Positions 25,140 through 36,407 of a stretch of 64,000 bases of DNA are shown here, piece by piece. Where the stretch lies: assembly GCA_002104905.1 (NCBI GenBank), contig MCFE01000065.1:62001-126000 (forward strand), given 5' to 3'. The stretch's first letter is position 1. The number at the start of each line of letters is the position of its first letter. The translations under genes and the position numbers were made by a program. Source of the stretch: Basidiobolus meristosporus CBS 931.73. Lineage: Eukaryota > Fungi > Basidiobolomycota. Below the pieces are notes generated by a model that worked only from the letters and a program-made list of their open reading frames with translations, was not told the DNA's origin and did no database searches.

Positions 25140-25720
25140 ACGTCACTTATGGCACCGTTCCAGTTGAACTCAGCCTTGATATTTGATGATCTTCACATGA
25201 TACTTACTAGCTTCTTGACATTCTGGGCGCTGCTAAAGTCATGGACAGCTTCCTGACGGTCGGTCAGAATGCTGTCAAGTATCCAGAGGCGGTCAAGCGG
25301 GCATTTGATGAGGGCCATCAGATCTCACAGCACATCTGGTCATGCCCGCATTTGATGAGGAGATCGTGTCCGAGGTCCGAGCCACCAAAGAAGGCATTTT
25401 CAATTTCACAGGTGCATAGCAGCCTTCATTGGATCCTCTTACGGAGAGGCTGATGACAGAGTCAAAGGAGCGTTCAAGGAGTGTTCAAGGCCATGGGCCA
25501 TTACACCCTACTCTGAAACATGATCACCCTGAATTGGGTTAATGTTGAGAAGAAGCAATGCCCGGGCAAGGTCGATGACTCTTCAAAAAGGTATTGAGTA
25601 AGGGGACACACCTGAGCCCATATGAGAGTGTGGGATACATTTCCCCTAACACGATCTTTACATGGAAACCGTCAAACGTGTTCCGAAAATCGAGTTGTTT
25701 TTGGTTCAATGTAATTTTTG
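25140..25720 (+). pseudogene. Chitin deacetylase pseudogene (catalytic core, many stops and indels)
   Basis: Recognisable LDILGAAKV..FL.VGQN.VKYPE.VKRAFDEGHQISQH. It carries a deletion after HLM, an 11-bp tandem duplication (gagcgttcaag/gagtgttcaag), a TGA replacing Trp and a frameshift at LQHD. Confidence 0.85.
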
Positions 25721-26670
25721 TACATTTGCGTTAATCTTCCACCTCTCAAAAATCGCAGCCAGTAGTGAACTCTATACTTATTCCACCATGGTATCAAAAA
25801 GTACAGCTGTCACCAGGAGCCAGGAACCTATTTACAATACGAGCAACGACGGCTAAGCTAACATAGAGGCCGCCTACAAGTGGGTCAAATTACCCTTCGA
25901 TTGGCATTACAGTGGTCTGCTTGGAATGTAGTTAATAGTGAACCACGCATCAAGAATAAATCATTTCTTTCGACAGCTACATTACCATGCATTCAATGCT
26001 CCAAAGGTCCTGAGAATTCATGCAATGGACTACCAGAGTTATTTGGTCTCATCACGAAGTAAATATGGGGATGAGCTGACTGGTATGACGTAGTAGCCAT
26101 GAGACTCTTGTCGAGGGAAGGTCAGGAGGATGTGACAGAGTTTGATTAGCAAGCAACCAGGTAGTTCCCCTTAATTTAGCTATGCACAGATACGCTTACA
26201 GCTGTCGATCAATGAAACCGGCGTTAAGGCTAAGAATTCAAGTAGCGGTCACACCTAGCCCAGAATAGAACACTGAAATATCTCCGATTAACATCGATGT
26301 ACCCTTACATGTGTGAGATGCCCCAATTTTCATTGGAAAGCAGGAGTGAATATAGTTGGGCAGAAGAGCTCGGTTGGACAGTTAGAAATTAATATTTGAC
26401 ACATCCTCACTTGGTGGCTGGTAATGTACCCCTCAAGATAGGTTGCGTCCCAGCCTCGCGCGTGAATTCTCTATGCCGACTCGGTGGAAGGAATTCTTGA
26501 GCATGCAGGCAATCAAGTATAGAAACATTAATTTGGTCTGTTTCTCAGCGCAACGATCCCCCCAACAAGTAACTCGAATAAAAGAGGCGAAGCTGTCACT
26601 GCTCCTCATCATTCAGTGTCTTCATCTAGATTTTCTACTCTTTCGCACTTCTGTAAATCACGGTCGTAAT

Positions 26671-27732
26671 ATGAGATTTCTTTCCCTTAGATGGTCTCTT
26701 ACCTTGCTCAGCCTCGCACGATTCACTCGATCCCAGGAGGCTCCTTCGAGTGAGTTGGCCAAAGTAAATCCCCAATGGATACAACAGTACGATTTCTCCA
26801 AGGTGCCGAACATCGCGCCCAAAAAAGTGGGCTCAGGCATTTGTTCCAACAGCGCTTGTGGTCCTGGCGATTGCGATAAATGCTGGGAAAGCTGTGGCAA
26901 CTGTGCATTGTCGGATGACGTCTACGGTTGCACGGCTGGTAAATGGGCATTGTCATTCGATGATGGCCCATCAAACTACACAATGCAACTTCTGGATATC
27001 CTTGCTGCAGCACAGGTGAAAGCTACTTTCCTAATGATTGGCTCGCAAGTAGTCCAGTTCCCGGATGCAGTGAAGAGGGCTTTCAACGAGGGCCACCAGA
27101 TCGCTTCGCACTCATGGTCTCATCCGCACTTGATGTCGCTCACCAATGAGCAAATTGTGGCAGAGGTCAAAACTACCGAGGATGCTATCATGAACATTAC
27201 TGGTGTCAAGCCCGCGTACATCCGACCACCATATGGCGAAGCTGATGACCGTGTCAAGGCAATTTTTAAGGCTATGGGGTACAGTAACTTGCTATGGAAC
27301 ATGGATACCTTGGACTGGGACATTGTGGCCAAAAAGGAGAGCCCAACCTTAATCCTCAACTCGTTCTCTGCAGCACTGGCCAACGGTACATCGTTGAACG
27401 CACACAACGACCCCGGGTTTATCTCGTTGCAACATGATATTTACATAGACACTGTCAAGGAAGTGCCATCGATCGAAAAATTGTTACTAGCACATAACTT
27501 CAAGTTTGTACTTGCCCATGAATGCAACAATCTATCTCCATATCAAGGGAACATTACTTCCACCAATACCACATCAAGCGCCGCAAATAGCACAAGCTCC
27601 GGTTCAGCCGCCTCAACGAGCCTGCCAGTCTCCGCCGTCGCTTTACCGGCCACTTCTGACTCCACTACGGCATATCAATGCTCTTTAGTTTCAATTATAA
27701 TTACATTGGGTGTCATTTTATCTGGTATATAA
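26671..27732 (+). CDS. CDA: Chitin deacetylase (CE4), signal peptide plus probable GPI tail; array copy 3
   Basis: Likely start ATG 26671 (MRFLSLRWSLTLLSLARF). Motifs SFDDGP, HSWSHP, RPPYG, DTLDW and LQHD, then a S/T-rich and hydrophobic C-terminus. Confidence 0.92.
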   Translation: MRFLSLRWSLTLLSLARFTRSQEAPSSELAKVNPQWIQQYDFSKVPNIAPKKVGSGICSNSACGPGDCDKCWESCGNCALSDDVYGCTAGKWALSFDDGPSNYTMQLLDILAAAQVKATFLMIGSQVVQFPDAVKRAFNEGHQIASHSWSHPHLMSLTNEQIVAEVKTTEDAIMNITGVKPAYIRPPYGEADDRVKAIFKAMGYSNLLWNMDTLDWDIVAKKESPTLILNSFSAALANGTSLNAHNDPGFISLQHDIYIDTVKEVPSIEKLLLAHNFKFVLAHECNNLSPYQGNITSTNTTSSAANSTSSGSAASTSLPVSAVALPATSDSTTAYQCSLVSIIITLGVILSGI

Positions 27733-27944
27733 TTGCGCCGTATAATAACATTAGTCCTTAATAAATTCCATTATCTCCAGCAACTGGCACGGCTCTCAAA
27801 CATTGTACATCTAGGCATACTATATCAAGACTAACAGTAAGGAATTTATTTCTATCTTTGATTTAGACGGTATTCTAAGTAGGCGGGGTACTTTCGTATG
27901 GACTATGGTATCATGATGTGTAAAGGGGATATGCCAAGGCCAAT

Positions 27945-28711
27945 CTATGCATAAAGCCCGTTATCCTGTAGGCACTGGGGTACAGTTACAACTCTGTATC
28001 CAGAATTTCTGACTTTCCTGAGGATACCTCTAACCGCTTTGACTGTAGGCTCATGAACATCGTGTTGCAGTGAGATGAAGTTGCTACTATTGGGTGGATT
28101 ATCATCCAAGGTGTTGTACGCGTCGATCGTAGCCTGAGTGTTTCTTGTTTGCCAGTCCAAAGTATCCAAATTCCAATATATCACCTTGTATCTTAGTCTT
28201 TTCAACACTGCAAGAACTCTGTCATCACATTCACCATAAGGGCAACGCATATACCTTGGGCGAACTCCAATGGCTCTATGAATGGCATTCGAAGCGCTAT
28301 TCATTTCACGCTCAATCTCAGCGGTATTTAGCTCATTGAGGTTGGCATGCGAATACGTATGAGAGGCAATATGATGTCCGCGTCGATACATCTCACGTAC
28401 AATTCCAGGATTGTTGTCTACATCTAGAAGAGATTCAAGAAGTCAGTATTTATATATCAGGCCGGTTTAATCATCTTCTTACTTTCTCCAACTAAAAAGA
28501 ATGTTACTTTAATATCCCCCAGGATGTCAAGCAGCCCCTGAGTAAAATTTCCCGGCCCATCGTCAAACGTGACTGCTACCACACCATTCCTAGAACATTC
28601 GCTGATCTGAACACCAAGTGGGGCGGCGCGCTTCCAAACACCTGCGGCAACAACCTGCGAAGCACTAGCGAGCCCAAGAACCAGGATGGAGATATTTGTG
28701 GAAAAACGCAT
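27945..28711 (-). CDS. CDA: Secreted minimal polysaccharide/chitin deacetylase (CE4), 2 exons, no GPI tail
   Basis: Intron 28424-28482 joins TFDDGP...TFFLVGEN to HTYSHA, RCPYG, DTLDW and LQHD. Signal peptide MRFSTNISILVLGLASAS. Confidence 0.9.
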
Positions 28712-30594
28712 AGCGAAGCTTACTGTTATACAGAGTTGAAAAGTAATGGCTATGGTTTGGGGAAACTTCTACTGGGTATATATATTCCTACCATGAGCAT
28801 CAATGGAGGGTAAAGGATTTTTCATAGCATGAGCGTGCATATTTAACAATTGCCCATATCTTTCGTACATACATACTAGTGATCCTTCAACTGTGTATCC
28901 ACCCAACCGTACCACTAATCTGAAGTTCGAATCGGCTTTCAACTGGCATAAGCTACATATGGCTGCATTGCCATCAGAATACATAGGAATATTACTGGAA
29001 AATCAACGTTTGCTCCCAAATAAACCAAAAGTATAATCCTAATCAGAAGGGACACAGTTTATTCATGTTGCACTATACTAACCTTGGGAAAGATAATGCA
29101 TTACTTATAATGAGCAGTGAACTGGATATAATGAAGGAATTATCCGGATAAATCTAACATTATCAAAAAGCCAAGCCAGATTATTTTAATGATAATATAT
29201 TCATCTTCGAGCATCTCGAACCTGATCTCCATCTCCTCGATGTGGTCGTTTAGATTGGTGTGCAACGTTGTGTACATCAGTCACAACTAATGGACGCTTA
29301 TGCAGACAACCCATCTGGGATTCGATTATAAGAGCTACAGGTTAATTCTGGATCGAGTAATTCTTGTTGAATACCTTGCACAACAGAATTGGATCTATAT
29401 AGTATCGGATTATAATGAACACTTGGATAATAATATGGACGTTCAGGATGGAATTGTGGCTACTTTCTTAAAAATGTACTTATACATAGCAACTTGGCTC
29501 AGCTTCCACTGGAACTTGCTCACAAACACCCTTAGTCCCCGGAGAATTCCGCGCTGAGGCCATGATCCGGTAAATCCCACGATCTAAACGCATTTGAATA
29601 AGCAGGGTACTTAATGGCCATGACACCTCCATTGATACTCAAAGCTATCGATGAAATTGAAGAGACTCTGTCGAATTGAGCCAGTTGTGTACACACTCCG
29701 CCATCTATTCCTGTTGTGGCTACCAATTGTCGCTTGTTTGTCTTGATATATTCTGGTTTTTTGTCTCTTCCGAATCCTCATCTGCACTCTCTATTTAAAT
29801 CAGGCTTTTTCTTTTGACAAATTGTAGGCTGTGCCTCTGCTGAGAACTACTGGTAGCTTTTTAGGATGCGAGTAGGAACCAATGCGAAGTGTGAATGGAT
29901 ACAATGTAATCTGTGGGATCAGAGTGTACGTAGAAATAGAAAGGAATTTTCCGCGGATAATGAAAGAAGTATTGAGTATAAGGTAAGGGCTCTGAAAAGC
30001 GGTGTGTTAGCAATACAAAAAGATACATAAAGATGTTTGTCTTAAGGTCACCTCGACGGCAACATGAAGGAACAAATAGCTACTTTGGAAGTGTGCAACC
30101 ATAAATAATGAAATTGACACAGCAATCCAACCACTTCCATCTATCATACAGTTAGAAATTGGAAATGACCATTTATAAATTCCCTCATAAAATCGTAGAT
30201 ATAGCATAACTTTACATCAAATTCACATATAATATGCAACATGGTCAGATTTCCTAGAAGTCATTAAAGTGTACAGATAAGTATTTCGGCAAACGTATAT
30301 GCAAATATAATATATATATTGACCACAACAGTTTACATGATGTTAGCATACACTCAGTATTTTAATACAAAATGGATGATTCATCCTACTCTATGATAAA
30401 ACAGGTAATTGGTTGTTCTCTACTACAAAATGGGTGACTTAATCTATGGGCCAATACGGCCATGGTATTATATGCACCAAGTATTAACCACACCATCAAA
30501 GATCAGCCCTAAAGTAGGATACACCCGAGTGGATCAAAGCTAGAATGTTTCATCTGAAATAGTTCATTAGACATGGCGGGATACGGGCAGTCCC

Positions 30595-31811
30595 TCAAGA
30601 AAGTATCGCTGGTGGACGTAGAGGGCAACCGCCGCCTGGGGCTCCAGACAGGCGCCACTTCAGCAGTTGTATGGAGAGTTGGTAATGTACTAAAATTCCG
30701 AGTAGAATCATGGTGTGCCAGATTTGATGAGAGTGGAAGAAAAGATCACATTTTCCTGGAAAAAAACTGAGATGCGTGTTACAAAATAACCCAATTTAAC
30801 AACTCAATGTTTTTGGAGCCTACCATTCAGGGAATCTCCATGCGTATATCACTACCGCAGATATCCAAATGGACATTTCCAAGGCTAAGAGTCCTCCCCA
30901 ACTAAGGCCCAATACATTGTTTACGTAGGAACTGTTCATGTCCGAGGGAAAGCCGTGCTTAATAAGCCAGTACAGGATCGGTATTGTGCTTACAGCTCCA
31001 CTAGTTATATAGATCCCAGCCCGGATTAAACGAAACCATGGTTCGGACCATACAGATGTTTGTGGCCCAATGATTCCAGTCAAATTGACCGTGACAACAA
31101 TTCCAAGGAATACATCACGCAACACTGGTTGGCAATAGAAACACTACGATCAACCTTTCAAATTAGAAACAAACAAATACTATGAGTATGTAGACGAGAG
31201 CTTACATAATATATAGCAATACAGTAGCATCCGCAGATCAGGGTACTAATCCCGCTGTAGTCCCAGCAGCCCCATTTTCGAAACGCCTTTCTGGAGCACC
31301 CAATGAACAAGTGAAATAGCGATGAACATATCAGACACTGGGCCGCACAGAGCAGAAGCAACGCGAAAAGCCCCTTGTCTAAGGAGCTTGCTTCCTTTGG
31401 CAAAAAGTAGCTGTACTGTACGGGAAGAATCACCAGCAAAATTACAATAAATCCACCAAAATGTGTCCATATGTTTCCTAGGGAATCCAGTTCAATAGCT
31501 TAGAGTCAACCCCATGATGAATAAACAGGTTTCCCATTTACCTGTCTCGTTGTGGATCCGAAACAAGCTTCCAAGCGCCTCTCTGTAACTGTAATATGCA
31601 CGATATCTAAACAAGGTTGGACAAACTGGCATTATGAGACCTTGAATGCAAACGATCTAGCGAGTGGACAATGAGAGTTTTACCCAGTTTGAATGAACGG
31701 ATTGTCTTTCAGATATTCAGGGATGTCTTCAAAGTTGTATAACTGATACATCTGGCGAGGAACTGCTTTTTTTTCCTCAAGACTGTAGACATTGCTTCCT
31801 AGTTCACCCAT
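30595..31811 (-). CDS. PAQR/adiponectin-receptor-like (Izh family) membrane protein with an apparent +1 frameshift in the last exon
   Basis: Spliced motifs DNPFIQTGYR, HNETGNIWTH, SSLFHLF, DYSGIS, RFPECFFPGKCD and (shifted frame) HSHQIWH...HY. Confidence 0.85.
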
Positions 31812-34272
31812 GGCGGCTAGCAGGACCGAGATATTTGAAATTATATAAAGCAATATACACAGGCGCAAGGAATAATTACAAGTAGTTGGAAAATATAGAC
31901 AAGGCAAACACAGAAAGATTAATGAGGCAACGCAGTGGACCGATAATCTACGTATATATATATATATATCCATGTCGGTGTGCGAGAGTGGGTGTTGTCA
32001 CAGGAGCACAGATTTCATGGATACGCAACCTGAAAGTCAATATCGCGTATTCCTAATTCCATCTTCATCTACAATTCCGTCTTGTCAGAAATAGTCTCCA
32101 CAAATGCCACTCCTATTGGCCATATGGTTGGTGTCTCTTCACGGCGATCGGTCACGGCCAATTCCATCAACATGAACTGACCAATGAAGATGAAGTCAAG
32201 GAAGGAAATGAGCATGGAAGACCTAGTTTCGGACTAATTAGCGTTCAGTAGCAGGTGGTTTTCGGTACAATTTTGGTACAATTTTGGTATCTGGAGAAAG
32301 CGACATGTGTTGACTTGAGCCGACCATTCCTGCAATGATATAACCCAACCGCACGGAGAGCCCAGTCTCTCGATTCTTGTCTAGCCAACAATAACAACTT
32401 GGTATAGATAGATAGTGCAATGCACAAATACTCACGGGGTTTTCTCTATGCTTTGGTTTCCTTATTGATGGTTGATTGTCATAAACATTTGAGATTTCGT
32501 CCAAATTGAAGCAAAGATACCCTCGGATGGTAATCATTGATGGATCACGTGCGTCGCTCTTTCTATGGCAGTAGCTGGATTCCCGGGATGTTTCTCTAAA
32601 TGGATATTCCATGAGATGCCTCATTTTCTTAGATCCGGCCTTTAGCCAATGATGCTCTCAAAAGGAATATCATCCAGTAAGCTAAAATGTTGTGGCAAAT
32701 AGAGTGGTTGGATTTGCTATTGAACACAAGCAATTGAATGACAGTAATGGATTTATATTCAACAGTGATAAGCCAACGTTGGAAAATCTTTTTCCCGGAT
32801 TGGGTACCCACCCCAGATTAAGGACTGCCATACAAGTAACTCCATTATTTAATACATGGTACTGGCAACAAGAACCCAGATCTCTTCGCTAGGGTGAAGT
32901 TGATCACAATAAAGTTAACACTCCAGCTGATCTGTGAGAGACAGACGGCGTTTTTCAACTATTTATCTGGTCACGCATAAACCCGCCAAGACTAATATCA
33001 ATTGTACTTCACACGGACATTTGAGTTCAGCCCCGGCTAGGTGATTGACCAATAAAATTGTCGGAATATAGAGATTATTTCCTAACCAGGCAATCCTGCA
33101 ACAAGTACTTATTTTCTTTACAAACACAACCTGCCAGGCTTATATATAAAGGAGACGAGCAGCTGCTCTGCCAGACAGCTACTGTTTTTATCTACACCCT
33201 TCTTTGAATCTCGCGTCACCGTCCTCTGTTCACACTAACTTATATTTGCACTACGAAAGTGGTAAAGTACAACCTTAATGATTATTGCGCTAACAGAAAA
33301 GTCCTCAACCTAACCTAAAACACATACATAAAACACCCCAACCTCTTAACCATGTACATCTTAATCAACTACCTCCCTCTGTTATCTGCAAATCCAATTC
33401 CAAGCAGGGCAGTGACCGAAGAAAGCAAAACACCCATTCAAAGAGAATGGATTCGTATGCGTCGATTTAGACAATTCCGCCCGAAACTAATGATTGATAC
33501 TGCCAAAGTATCCAATCAATGTGGTAACATGTCTGAACACAATTCGCCAAGCGCGCTTAACTCCCCTATTTCATGTGCTTGCTGACTTTTACCGAGGTGT
33601 ATTATTAACAGTAACTGTATGATTGTAGTAACATCTAATGTACAATATTTGTGTCATGTATGCATAATAGCCAGTGCCATCTTGGTTCATACCGGCCTCT
33701 GGTCTGCTTATTCAGACTGTGTTGGCGGCAGTGTTAAATATTTTGTATAGGCTAAATTCTCGCATCAATTTAAGCATGGGTAAAGTAATTAATGGATTAA
33801 AGCCAATACCAACCAATATATTCGCCATACCTGATGCCTGGCAGTGGGATTTGCCATGAAACTTCGCTTTCACATGATCTGATGGCTTCCAATGAACCAT
33901 CTGGGAGTCTTGTAGGTTGAGATTAAAAGGCTGAGAACTACAATTCTCGCTCAAGATTGGTTAATTATTTTGTACTCGGGAACGTATTGGTTCTAGAATA
34001 TCCTTAATTTTGTGACCGTTCACCAGAACTTCGAAATGCAGTCACGTTTCACACGTGCTCATTATTTTCTGCTATAGAGATTAAAGTGATTACTATACGT
34101 TGAGCAATGTACATGCCAATATATGTATGCAAGCGTCCGTTCTACTCACCACGGTAAATATTTTGACCGTTATTTGCTTCCAAAAATACGGATCGATATT
34201 TCCTGCATATGCATTAAACGGATTTAAAAATGTGATATACACATATATATATTCATACTATATAGAGGCAAT

Positions 34273-35346
34273 TTACGCCTTTGAGGAGGTCCTATAGATA
34301 CATGGGTGGCTTTGATCCGAACTACACTGCTCACACAGAACATATTGGCATTTGTTGCAAGAAAGTAGTTCCACAGGAACAGTGCATCCTTGATCACAAA
34401 AGATTCGTATTTTGCAGGAATCACAGCGGACAGCTTCGGGGTCATCTTCTAGACAACGCGAACAAAAGGTTTTAGAGCAACTGTTGCAGAAGATGCTTTC
34501 GACACAGGAGGTGCAATAGTGGTGGTAGCATTTACGGCAAACGTAGGATTTCAACTCTGCTTTCTCATGCGATATGCAGTAGTAGTGTCCGCAATCCAAG
34601 CATGAGTATTCTTGTTGACAAGACTCGCACACCAACTCGACACTCTGACAAGCCTGACACCATACCTTTACGATGGATTCATGCGAATCGTAGCAATCAC
34701 GGCATCTCCCTTCCCCGCAGGATGAGCAATATGCCGTGTTCCTTTCCAAGGCTTTGTGATTGGGAAGGATATCCAAATGAAACCCTGGATTGTTTGTGAA
34801 TTTCAATATTCCTGCGCGTAAGCGCGGAAGGAGCCAACTGATGGTGCCCTTGTAAGTTTCGTGTAGTTCATTTTCTGTCGGGTGCCCAAAGTACTGAAGC
34901 CTTGCAAGAGTGCGAGGGTATTCTGCGGTTTCAATGTTAGCCAATTTTTCGAAAAAGCAAACCAGGCTGACAAACTCGATATTGTTGCAGTGGCGTATGG
35001 ACAATGAATGAAGCTGAGGGCAGAGCCGTAATATGTAATCAATACTTTTAGTAGTAATATTTGTATAATCCAGTACGAGCTCTCGTATGGAGGATCTAGT
35101 GGCAGCAACCAATCCTCGTAAAAACACATTCTCCAATACGAGATCAGCGGGGGATGAGTAGACTTCAATAGCGCCTTTTTTCAGGCTCGGCACGCATGAG
35201 AAGTCCACCCGTTTCCAGCAATCGCCGGTCAAAATTAGCTGATAGAATCGATGGTTGGTAGTGGCTAGATGCACCAGATCAATGGCTGCTAGATATGTAT
35301 ATACTTGATCCAGAACTTCAAGTGGTAATGTAGTGAGCGTGGGCAT
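34273..35346 (-). CDS. Intronless F-box protein with LRR-like repeats and a long C-terminal CxxC (putative Zn-knuckle) array
   Basis: MPTLTTLPLEVLDQVYTYL..IDL.HL..TNHRFY is an F-box. IRELVLDYT.ITTKSI..IL..CPQLHSLSIRHC is LRR-like. More than a dozen CxxC pairs follow. Confidence 0.8.
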   Translation of the reverse strand: MPTLTTLPLEVLDQVYTYLAAIDLVHLATTNHRFYQLILTGDCWKRVDFSCVPSLKKGAIEVYSSPADLVLENVFLRGLVAATRSSIRELVLDYTNITTKSIDYILRLCPQLHSLSIRHCNNIEFVSLVCFFEKLANIETAEYPRTLARLQYFGHPTENELHETYKGTISWLLPRLRAGILKFTNNPGFHLDILPNHKALERNTAYCSSCGEGRCRDCYDSHESIVKVWCQACQSVELVCESCQQEYSCLDCGHYYCISHEKAELKSYVCRKCYHHYCTSCVESIFCNSCSKTFCSRCLEDDPEAVRCDSCKIRIFCDQGCTVPVELLSCNKCQYVLCEQCSSDQSHPCIYRTSSKA

Positions 35347-36407
35347 ACTGTGATGCGGTGGAAGAAATGATAGTGGGATGAGAGTGTAAGGTATTGTGAG
35401 TCGCATCTGCAGAGCCTGCATTTATACTCGGGGTTTCAACCACTTGGGCTGGCTATACAATCTAGACAAATATCAACCACACTAGTCAATAAAAAGAATG
35501 TTACACTCTAATTATCGGGGGGTTTTGGCGAAATGAAGAACTATCTTGGAAGAGAGTGACCTGTCTTGGCTTATATTGCAAAAGACCTCTGAGCTCATAT
35601 ATTTGGAAGGGCACTTCCAAAATAGGCACTTGACTAGCGCTCAATCTTGTAGCAAAGCCTCGATCAACACGTGATAGAGGATGGTGGGAATATCCCTGCT
35701 AGGCCATTACCATCAGTGAGGAGGACGAGTAGAACCTTAACATGTTGGATAGACGCTCACAGTTAGTCGCGATGCACCCCACCGACACGATTTCAGATGA
35801 ACCGTCTAGATTCTCCACTAGTTATTAATATCGGCTGTGAGAAAAGTTCCCACTTTGAGCTTCTTTAGAAACTTCATTCGATGGACAAATCACATCGCCT
35901 CCCTCGAAATTGGCATTAATTTGTAGATTAATGGCTATCCATGATTTCTTTAATTTGAAGCTTGTTCCTACTTCAGTCTATAAAACTTCAAGCCTGCAGA
36001 GCGTTGACTAACTAGATACTCGTATCCATGTGCATATCCAATACTAGGGCCAAACTGCAACAGTGCGTACTACAAAGGTGTTAGCACCTTCCACAACTAG
36101 GCCTGACGTAGAGACAGCGTAATGCTATACAAAGAGCAGAAACACTTCAGTAGTTCAATGATTTATTTGAATGGGCTGTTTTTTAATGTTCAGCTGATTA
36201 TTAACAGTTTCTCCAGATGCCTTAGCTCCAATAGCTACGACATAGTATATACATGCTAAGTCCACATCTGGTTTGCTTTTTCAAAAGTTACTGACTAACA
36301 GGTGGGTAATACCGGAAATTCTATAAATATATCTAGTTACAAGCACACTAATACGGCCAAGTTTAGTCATTTTTGTAAAACCGATTGTTGCTATTGAAAG
36401 ATTCATT

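Noticed and set aside
26443-26670. 76-codon upstream extension of the CDA3 ORF
   Set aside because: It starts at TTG. The signal peptide begins at ATG 26671, matching the paralogs.
29230-29790. Short minus-strand ORFs between the CDA array and the PAQR gene
   Set aside because: The fragments lie in different frames with implausibly short introns and no homology was recognised.
33140-33585. Strong TATA (tatatataaagg) followed by a 77-aa ORF
   Set aside because: No recognisable domain or splice structure. It could be a small gene or ncRNA but is unsupported.
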